Shown: piece after piece, positions 15,738 through 23,800 of the stretch
Layout of the letters: each line of letters opens with the position of its first letter
Position numbering within the stretch: the first letter of the stretch is position 1
Virus record (IMG/VR): IMGVR_UViG_3300018080_000056
DNA: 42,090 nucleotides
Reading direction: 5' to 3' (one strand)
Source: a virus
Position numbers and translations under genes: made by a program
Notes under the pieces: generated by a model
Told to the model about the DNA's origin: nothing
Seen by the model: the letters and a program-made list of their open reading frames with translations, nothing else
Databases searched by the model: none

Positions 15738-16724
15738 ATGATGGACGAGGAAGTAAGAAGATTCAAAGAAGAGATGGAGCGAATGAGAGACAGGGCGGGG
15801 TCTGCCTTATCACCAGGCTCCGTAAAGCCAATCTTCTTGTCTGGAAAAACAGCCGCAAAGGAAACCATCTATACTATCGAAGAGGTGGTCTCCCCCACCA
15901 GAGATGTCATTGTCCCCTTTTATCTGTCAAGCCTTGTAAAGGACATTACATACGTTAAGATGAATATCTACTTCCCTGGTCTTCAGCCTGGCGACTACCC
16001 CTTTAATACCGACACTCTGTATATTTCCCCTGTGAGCAAAGGGGTGATTGAATACGGCAACGGGTCTTTCTCACGCCTGCGCTCAGAATATTCCCTGTTT
16101 TCAGGAAATGGTGCCGCAGGTGGAAATTATTACTGGTACAGAGGCTATACCCGCTTCCAGGTTGCCCCCATCCACGGGTTCAAGCTGACCTCTTGCAACC
16201 TTTACTGGACGTTAGGGGACAGGAATAGCGTTGGGGCTGGTGGGAACACGCAGCGACCCAACATACTCCATGCCATAGATGACTACGATATTTTAGACAA
16301 GAACGACTGGAGCCTTGCAACCCAGGTTAATTACGGGAACGTCAACATCTACACAGACACCATTGGAAACGCCTACAACAAGGACGTCAAGACCCGTGTA
16401 CAGAGCCTTGTGAATAATCTGACCGACTACTCCTGTTTCAGATTCTTAAGCTCAGAGCATGCGGATACATCAAACGCAAATAATTACTGGCTCAACGAGC
16501 CGCAGCTTAAGTGCGTCCTTGAGGAAGACACGGATGGTGAGGTTGGTGTTTATATGGACAATGGCGATGGATTCGGCTCGATGGTGGACTACTACAAGGT
16601 GAATGCGGAAGATACAGAGCTTACTCGGTTCATCAGCGGGTCTGGCAAGAAGCAACTCAAACTCAGTTGCAGTAAGACCAGAAGGGTAAATATCCTTCTG
16701 AGGATTGGGTTTAGGTCGGGGTAA
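15738..16724 (+). CDS. Putative tail fibre, spike or receptor-binding protein (328 aa, beta-rich, Asn/Gly/Tyr-rich).
   Basis: ORF track, composition and position after the nozzle-like gene. Confidence 0.45.
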   Translation: MMDEEVRRFKEEMERMRDRAGSALSPGSVKPIFLSGKTAAKETIYTIEEVVSPTRDVIVPFYLSSLVKDITYVKMNIYFPGLQPGDYPFNTDTLYISPVSKGVIEYGNGSFSRLRSEYSLFSGNGAAGGNYYWYRGYTRFQVAPIHGFKLTSCNLYWTLGDRNSVGAGGNTQRPNILHAIDDYDILDKNDWSLATQVNYGNVNIYTDTIGNAYNKDVKTRVQSLVNNLTDYSCFRFLSSEHADTSNANNYWLNEPQLKCVLEEDTDGEVGVYMDNGDGFGSMVDYYKVNAEDTELTRFISGSGKKQLKLSCSKTRRVNILLRIGFRSG

Positions 16725-18085
16725 TGAAATGTTTTTTTATTTTACTGTTGACTATTTTAGTTATTATACAGATAATAAACATAGGGAAGCCAATGAACGA
16801 AAAAGATAGAAGCCAGGTGATACTGGGCAGAGATTTATTCAACGAGCAAATAAGTCCGCTAAGGGACGACCATGCCGAGCTGAAGCGGATACAGGACGTT
16901 ATGAATAGGGACATCAATCTATTTTTGAATCCGCCTCCAGAACCACCTCCTCCCCCCACTCCCGTGTTTGAAAAGATACCCTACTTCCACTTTGACGCCC
17001 TCGGAATTTTCCTCGATGTGCTTGAGCATGGGTGGGAGGAAGAGAGAGAGGATGAAACCTTCAACAGGATTGAGGCTGTGATAGCGAAGGCTGCATCCTA
17101 TGGATGCTCTGCCGTCAGCTTTTTCTCGTGGCTGGACGACAACAAGCCAGAACACATAAACCTCAAAAGAAAGATTCCTTGGGAGGTAACTGGGATTCTT
17201 ACAAAGAAGTGTGACTTTACGAAACCAAACGAAAGGTATTGGCACCTGTACAAGAGGTTCCTAAAAATTCTCAGGAGATATGAGCTTCGGGCAATCCCGC
17301 AGGCGTTCATGTGGAAATACACCTTCTATCACTTTACGAATAACAGGAATGGGGTCGAGGACTTTTTTGACGGAGCCGCCCTTAAGCACCAGAGGTGGAT
17401 GGCATGGCGGCTGCTTGTCGAGCAGGAGAGGCTTGGTATGACCCCAATGATTAAGTTTGTGAATGAACCTAACCATCGGGGAAGGTGCGAAGGGGCTGGC
17501 GGAGGTCATTGGATTGCCAACTGGCACAGGGATATGTGGTTCCATGTTTATAAGGAAACCCCTCTCAGGCTTGAGGATTTAGTCATAGACGTTCACGCCT
17601 CAGAGTTTGCGGCTGCGCAGCTCGTGTACCACAGGGGCGCCCATGCACGGTGTACCAAGTGCGGGGTGTATGAATGGGACAATATCGAAGCTAATGACAG
17701 AAAACCCCTGCGGGAACAGCACAGCGTCAGCATCATAGACGACCTTGAGGATGAGCATAAAAGCCTGACTGTTTTCGTGAACAATCTTCACAACTGGCAG
17801 GTCAAGTATTCAGAGGACGGTTCCCGACATGGGAACATTGTGCCTGTCCCTGGTATGAATTGGAGGCTAGGAGACAGCAACCAGGTTTACGCCATGTTAA
17901 GGAGAGCATGGGGAGCCTGTAAGGAATCGAGCATGAGGAAAGACTTTTACTGGGGTATCTACCCAATGGAGTGTCTCAGTAAAAAAGATGGTGTCTTCGA
18001 GGATTATTACGACACCAGCGAAATAAACTGGCAGAGATTCGAGGCTGCCAGGAGAGCGTATAACGAAATCTATAAGAGGAGATAG
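16724..18085 (+). CDS. Membrane-anchored clan GH-A (GH5-like) glycoside hydrolase candidate (453 aa).
   Basis: N-terminal TM or signal anchor MKCFFILLLTILVIIQIINIG. A PPPEPPPPPTP linker. KFVNEPNH contains the NEP acid/base signature of GH5-type (beta/alpha)8 enzymes. Confidence 0.5.
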   Translation: MKCFFILLLTILVIIQIINIGKPMNEKDRSQVILGRDLFNEQISPLRDDHAELKRIQDVMNRDINLFLNPPPEPPPPPTPVFEKIPYFHFDALGIFLDVLEHGWEEEREDETFNRIEAVIAKAASYGCSAVSFFSWLDDNKPEHINLKRKIPWEVTGILTKKCDFTKPNERYWHLYKRFLKILRRYELRAIPQAFMWKYTFYHFTNNRNGVEDFFDGAALKHQRWMAWRLLVEQERLGMTPMIKFVNEPNHRGRCEGAGGGHWIANWHRDMWFHVYKETPLRLEDLVIDVHASEFAAAQLVYHRGAHARCTKCGVYEWDNIEANDRKPLREQHSVSIIDDLEDEHKSLTVFVNNLHNWQVKYSEDGSRHGNIVPVPGMNWRLGDSNQVYAMLRRAWGACKESSMRKDFYWGIYPMECLSKKDGVFEDYYDTSEINWQRFEAARRAYNEIYKRR

Positions 18086-18087
18086 AA

Positions 18088-18495
18088 ATGTTTGGAATAC
18101 CAGCGGGAGCCGCAACAGCGGGAAAAATGGCATTGCCAGCGGCAGCGGGAGCGCCCTGGTCTATGATTTTACCCATAGCCTTTTCATTGCTTAGTGGAAT
18201 GGGTGCCTTCGGTGGAGGCTCAGACCCAGATGCAGAATACAACGAGTACAAGCAGAGAAGAACAGAGGGACAGTTGGATAGTCTTCTGCGGTCAATGATA
18301 GGGCAGGGGAAGTATTGGAATTCACAAGCCATGGGGCTTAACCCCAAGGTCTTACAGGCTGTCCTGAATAACTATCAAAGACTGGCAAACTTTGGATACC
18401 CAGGTGGTATGCAGATGGACATAGACTTTCTGAGCCAGTTATTCCCAACCGATAGCGCGGGAATGAATTACTCAGGCGTGAAGAAGCGGGGCTAA
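18088..18495 (+). CDS. Internal virion or ejection protein candidate with a Gly/Ala-rich hydrophobic N-terminus (135 aa).
   Basis: MFGIPAGAATAGKMALPAAAGAPWSMILPIAFSLLSGMGAFGGG. Position ahead of the large internal proteins. Confidence 0.5.
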   Translation: MFGIPAGAATAGKMALPAAAGAPWSMILPIAFSLLSGMGAFGGGSDPDAEYNEYKQRRTEGQLDSLLRSMIGQGKYWNSQAMGLNPKVLQAVLNNYQRLANFGYPGGMQMDIDFLSQLFPTDSAGMNYSGVKKRG

Positions 18496-18506
18496 GGAGG
18501 AGCGAA

Positions 18507-19946
18507 ATGACTATGATGTACAGATGTAAAAGATGTAAGGATGGTGATATTGAACACTACTCCTCTATAAAGCCATGTAACCAGTCGGGTGGTGTCTTAG
18601 CCACAGCCCCAGACCCCCCTTGCAGCAAAGGTGGGGACTCAATCACGGACTGTGCGTATAAGTGTCGGCAGAAATACGCAGGCGGTGATGAGCTGGCTAA
18701 GTGTGTTGAGGCATGCAAGGGAGATGAGGGTGGAGACAACTGCCCTTATGGTAATGTACATTACGTTCCAACCGCCCAGAATTGTCCAGAAGGCTATCGA
18801 GATGCTGGAATTGTCGGGGGTGGAGGAGGCGGCGGAGGAGACAGAGATTGCGTAGCTAATTGCCGCCAACAGCACAGGAGAAACCCAGACGAGCTTCAGC
18901 GCTGCATTGATAATTGCAGGAACCAGGAAGGAGGGGGCGGCGGAGGAAGTCAGCGAAAGTGTATTTGCGAAAGCACCACCAAGCCAAAAGACAAAGAGGA
19001 AAAAGGTGGTGACGGAGAGGGGTGTAGTGGTGGATACAAGCTCTCTGAGAGCCCGCTAAAACCAGAGGGCGGAAAAGTGTGGTCGCACCCCAAGTATGGT
19101 ATTACCCCAGAAATGGGATTCATGCGGAATTCTCAGCACGAAGCTCATTGGATGCACAAGGACGGCAAGTGGTATTACGAGCCCGATGTTATTGATGCAA
19201 TCAAAGCTGGTACGCTTGACCAGCTAGAGGGGAAGAGCGGATTCGTATGCAAGAAAGGATATAGCCAGAAGAACGTAGATGGTGAAACCTGGTGCTGCCC
19301 ACAGGAAGGCGGGGGCGGCGGTAAGGATAATGCTGGTGGAGAATGGGACTGGAGTAACCGAACAAAAGGTTTGTTTGAAAGCCTTTATGACAAAATCAAC
19401 TACCTGTTTGAATACCCACGAGGACTGACTGATGAGGAGAGGAACGCCGTAATAAACTACATGACAACTGGAGTGTTAAAGGGTGAGCGTGGAGCTAAGC
19501 ACGCAACGAGAGACAGGCTGGCAAGAATGGGTCTTCTTGGCTCTGGGTTTGAAGAGTCTCGAATGGCGGATATAGAGCGAGGGACACGAGAGCAAGTGGC
19601 TGATGTGAGGCAGGGCGTAGCTGTTGATGAGCTTAATAGGAGATTTCAGGAGCTTATGAGTACGCTAGGTATGGCACAGAATCTTACTGGAACCCTGATG
19701 ACCTCCGAACAAATCAAAGAAGCCCTTAATGCAGGAAGGCGTGGTGAATCGAGCCAGGGTCTTCAGAACCTTATTGCTCTTTTGCAAACATATATGGGTG
19801 GTGGCAACCTATCTGGAGCTATGGGTGGGCTGCTAAACCAACTCAGCATGTACGGAAAGGGCGGAAATGTTGCTGGTGGAGGAGGCGGCGGTGGCACGGA
19901 AAGCTGGATACCATGGCTGCTTTATCTATTAGGCGGAAACCTCTAA
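18507..19946 (+). CDS. Cys-rich, poly-Gly virion protein (479 aa) with a duplicated twin-CX3C unit and a hydrophobic C-terminus.
   Basis: DCAYKCRQKYAGGDELAKCVEACKGDEGG and DCVANCRQQHRRNPDELQRCIDNCRNQEGG. Runs of G8, G6, G4 and G7. C-terminal WIPWLLYLLGGNL. Confidence 0.65.
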   Translation: MTMMYRCKRCKDGDIEHYSSIKPCNQSGGVLATAPDPPCSKGGDSITDCAYKCRQKYAGGDELAKCVEACKGDEGGDNCPYGNVHYVPTAQNCPEGYRDAGIVGGGGGGGGDRDCVANCRQQHRRNPDELQRCIDNCRNQEGGGGGGSQRKCICESTTKPKDKEEKGGDGEGCSGGYKLSESPLKPEGGKVWSHPKYGITPEMGFMRNSQHEAHWMHKDGKWYYEPDVIDAIKAGTLDQLEGKSGFVCKKGYSQKNVDGETWCCPQEGGGGGKDNAGGEWDWSNRTKGLFESLYDKINYLFEYPRGLTDEERNAVINYMTTGVLKGERGAKHATRDRLARMGLLGSGFEESRMADIERGTREQVADVRQGVAVDELNRRFQELMSTLGMAQNLTGTLMTSEQIKEALNAGRRGESSQGLQNLIALLQTYMGGGNLSGAMGGLLNQLSMYGKGGNVAGGGGGGGTESWIPWLLYLLGGNL

Positions 19947-19959
19947 TAGGAGATTTTAG

Positions 19960-20883
19960 ATGGCACAGAGAATGGGTGAATTCAACGATTTTATGACTCA
20001 GTTTATGCAGCTTCTCGTGCAGCAAAAGCTGGAAAAGGACAGGGCAGACCTCTGGCTTCAGAAGTCCCTAAAAGAATACGGTGCATGGGAAGAGTCACAG
20101 AAGAGAGTGATGCTCGAAGGGTTGATAAGAGATGTCTTTGATAAGCAGTTTGGAGCTGCTAAGGAATGGGCTGGCGACCAGCCGTATTCACCTTATGAGG
20201 TAAATCGCTTAATAAGGAATATACTCCCAGAGAACATCAGGGGCAGAATACCAGAGCTACAGGCTCCTGGGTCTCCGACCGCTGCGGCAGGAAGCATGGC
20301 TGACCTTATTGGAGCGATGGGCGCTGGAGAGCATCCATCAGAGGAAACCCTTAAAGGCGTTCTTCCCGCATACGGATTCGAGGAAGCCATGGACGTTGCC
20401 AAGAAAGTACAGTCTGGCAAAGAAGAGAGGGCAAGACTGGGAATGAGAGAGAAGGAGCTTGAGATTGACAAGAAAAGAATAGAGCAGGAATGGAGTAGGC
20501 TTAACCAGCAAATAAAAGAATTCAATAAAGAGAGTGAAGAAGACAAGAAGGGAGAAAAGAAAGACGAGATTCTCGACTCTTATAAATCGCTGGCTGACCT
20601 GTACGATGACCAGATTGAAATGCTTAGAAGCGCTCTTGATAACCCACAGAACCTTACCGAGGGGGGTGCTTCGGAAATACAAAGGAAGATTGATTCTCTT
20701 GTGAATAATAAGGAGCGCCTAATTAAGAAGGTGGAAAAGCTGGTTGACGTCAATGCGACTGATAGTGGCGAGCTTTCCATCGAGGAAGCCAGGGCTCTGT
20801 ACATAAAAACCCTTATCGAAAAAGGTGTGCCGAGAGAGGCTGCGGAGAATCTAGCACGGCAAAGGTTTGGAGGTAATGGATAA
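19960..20883 (+). CDS. Coiled-coil virion protein (307 aa).
   Basis: ORF track. Glu/Lys-rich heptad-like sequence. SD TAGGAG. Confidence 0.55.
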   Translation: MAQRMGEFNDFMTQFMQLLVQQKLEKDRADLWLQKSLKEYGAWEESQKRVMLEGLIRDVFDKQFGAAKEWAGDQPYSPYEVNRLIRNILPENIRGRIPELQAPGSPTAAAGSMADLIGAMGAGEHPSEETLKGVLPAYGFEEAMDVAKKVQSGKEERARLGMREKELEIDKKRIEQEWSRLNQQIKEFNKESEEDKKGEKKDEILDSYKSLADLYDDQIEMLRSALDNPQNLTEGGASEIQRKIDSLVNNKERLIKKVEKLVDVNATDSGELSIEEARALYIKTLIEKGVPREAAENLARQRFGGNG

Positions 20884-23800
20884 ACAAGATGTCATCAGGC
20901 TTGCACAACAGGATGCTGCGCTGTGGCAACAGCGTCAGTCTATATCAGAAGAAGAGGTTGTTTCCCAGGCAATAAAAGATGCTGAGGGGTGGCAAACCCC
21001 GCCTGAATTATCAGAAGAAGAGATAGCAGAAAGGGGTAGAGCCCTAAAATCGCAGGCTGCTTTTATGCCTGGGATGGTACTTCCCGAATATGAGGGAATG
21101 GAACCTCCAGAGGAGGGGCTGACCGAGCCGCTTTCATGGAAAGAACAGGTAGAGCAAGAGGCGGCTGAGAGAGAGTGGGGCTCTCACATCAAGGACGTGA
21201 ACCTCAAAAGAAAAGGAAAGGCTGCGGAGTGGTTTGTCAAGAGGATAGCAGCCCCGATAGTTAAGGGCGGAGCCCAGTCTGGAGCCCAACTTAGCTCGAT
21301 GTTCGGATGGCTTGCAGATAACCTCTCGACTGGAATATCTAAACTTACTGGGATGGACAAAGAAAAGCTCGAAACGGAAATTTTTGACGAATCCAAAAAG
21401 CAATGGCAGGAAACAGGCATGACGGCTGAAGACCTCCTGCATAAGGATAAGGCTTCTGAATTCGTCAATGCCGTCCTTTCTGGTGTGACGTCTGCGGGAA
21501 CGAGCGTGATTCCCCTGGCTTGGTCTTTAGGAGGCTCTCTTGGGCTTGCTTACTATGGAGCCTGGAGCGGTGCTGCGGAACCAAGGGAGGGGCTGACAAG
21601 GGCAGAGGCGGCTCTTGAGGGAGCCATCTCTGGCGGTCTAACCCACGGAATACTCGGAGCCATGGGTGTTCTTCCAACTGCCTTAAAATATCCCGCCGCA
21701 GTTGGGTTTGGAATGATAACCCAACCTGGGAACCTTGAAGAAAAAATAAAGTCTGGTGCTGTGTGGGCTGCGCTCATGCCTGGTGGGAAGCGAGTATCTA
21801 CCAGGGAGTTTCTCGATGCGTACCCCAAAATCAAGAACAGGTTGATGGAAAGAGACTATATAAGAGCCTTACAGACGGCTATGCCTGGGGTTACGGCAAA
21901 GCAGCTAAGGGCTGTCGGTGGAGCAAAGAAGGTATTTGACAGCGCTCTCTGGAGGGTTACCGATATTGTCGGCAAGCCTGAGTCATGGGAACGACTTGGC
22001 GAGAAGAGACCTCAGCTACCAGAGGCGGATAGAAAAGCAATGATAGAGCGAGAGCTTTCCAAGCTGGAGCCAGATTTTCTCGCTGGCGAGCTTGGAGCCG
22101 TGATGAAGCCTGGCGTGTCAGAGCGTGAGCGTGTCCAGGCTTTATACGATGAAGCCAAGAGACCAGTTGAGACAACCATAAGAGTGGAGCCCAGGGCTGA
22201 TGGTACGGTAGATATTCGCATTGTACCGACTGGCGAGCAGGTAAAAAAAGAAGACGTTGCCATCCTGCAAGACTTGGCAAAAGAGAGGACTCAGCTTCAG
22301 GGGTTGTTCGAGCAGGGAAAGATTGGGAAGGATGTCCTTGAAAGCCATGACCAGCTATCTAAAACCATACGTGATTCCCTGTCTGAGCAGTATGAAGCCC
22401 CCGCATATCAAATAACAGAAGCCCTGGAAAAAAATTTACCGAGGGGGTTGACGACTGAGCCAACGCCTGAAGTAGTTAAGAGTGGAGTAAGAAGTAAGGA
22501 CTTCACAATCAAGGCTGACCGAGCCGCCGAGGAGGTTTCTAAAATCCACAGCGAGCAGGGCGGTTCTACAATCAATCTAAGCAGGGGAAGCCTGGGAAGA
22601 AGAGAAGGTTATGCCGTATCGCTGTACCCAGAAATTTCCGAGGTAATTCCTGGCAAGGACATATCCCCTGGGCGTGTGAGAAAATTCATCGAGAAAAACT
22701 CAGAGCTGCTTAAAGACCCTCGCCTGTCTATCGGTACGTGGTACGACAAGGAATCAGGGAAATCCTACCTCGATGTATCTGCTGTAATAAAAGACAGGGA
22801 CAGGGCTGTAGAGCTTGGCAAAAGATATAACCAAAAGGCAGTTATGAACCTGAAAAATTTTGAGGAAATACCCACAGGCGGGACTGGAGAATCCCAAGGG
22901 TTCGAGACCCCAATGCAGGAAAGGCTGCGGGTTGGCGGCGGTGAAACCCAGACTCTTTACCACTTCTCTCCCCTGGAGGGCGATACTGCGATTATTGACC
23001 CGCATGCCATGGGTAAAGGAAAGATGGGTGCGGAGGGCAAGCAGCTTAAAGAGACTGGAGAAATAGCTAGCCCCTTCTTACTTAAGTCAAACTGGTATAG
23101 CCCAACAGCAAAAACTATCGAGCCCCATAAATGGGTAGGCAAGAACCTGTATAGGGTAGAGGTTCCAAAAGACGAGTTACTCTATGTTGATAAGCCTGGA
23201 ATGGATGCGGATATAAAGGCTGCCGAGGCTGGCAAGATGGGATGGTTTAGCAAGTCCCATGGACAGGGGCGGCTGATTGTCCCCGTTGAGGCTGAGAAGG
23301 TGGGGGCTGCCCGATTCAATAAATCAACTAAGGTCAGCGGCAAGAATGTGATGGAGTTTATCGAGACTGGAAAGCCTGAGGCTGGAGCTGCTGCCGAACA
23401 CGCTGGAGCTGGAGGCTGGAGCCCTGAAGCCCTGAGCCGTGGCAAGACGGTAGAGTTTGTCACATACAACGGAAAGAACGGGAAGGTAACCCCCATCCCT
23501 GGAGTCGAGGCTGTTGACACCCCTGCTGGAAGCAATGAGGTTAAGGCTCAGATAGACAAGACAAATGGAAAAGTCACCATCCTAGATAAAGGTAAAAATG
23601 TAAAGCACATTACAAATAACCAGGTATCCAAGGCTGTCCAGAAAGAATACCAGAAGCTCACGGACAAGATAAATAAAGCCAGAAAGAAGACTGAATTCCC
23701 TTACGAGACAGAGGAGTTTCAGCAAATGCTGGAACGGCAAGAGGAGCTGAAGCGCCAGGTTGAGCCTGAGAAGGTCAAGGAGAAGCTGCCCCCGCTGTTC

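Noticed and set aside
18824-18950. GGN-rich stretches as hypervariable tandem DNA repeats or a slippage tract.
   Set aside because: The glycine runs use mixed codons (GGG/GGT/GGA/GGC), so the DNA is not a perfect microsatellite. I treated it as a coding poly-Gly linker, although read-level length variation was not checked.
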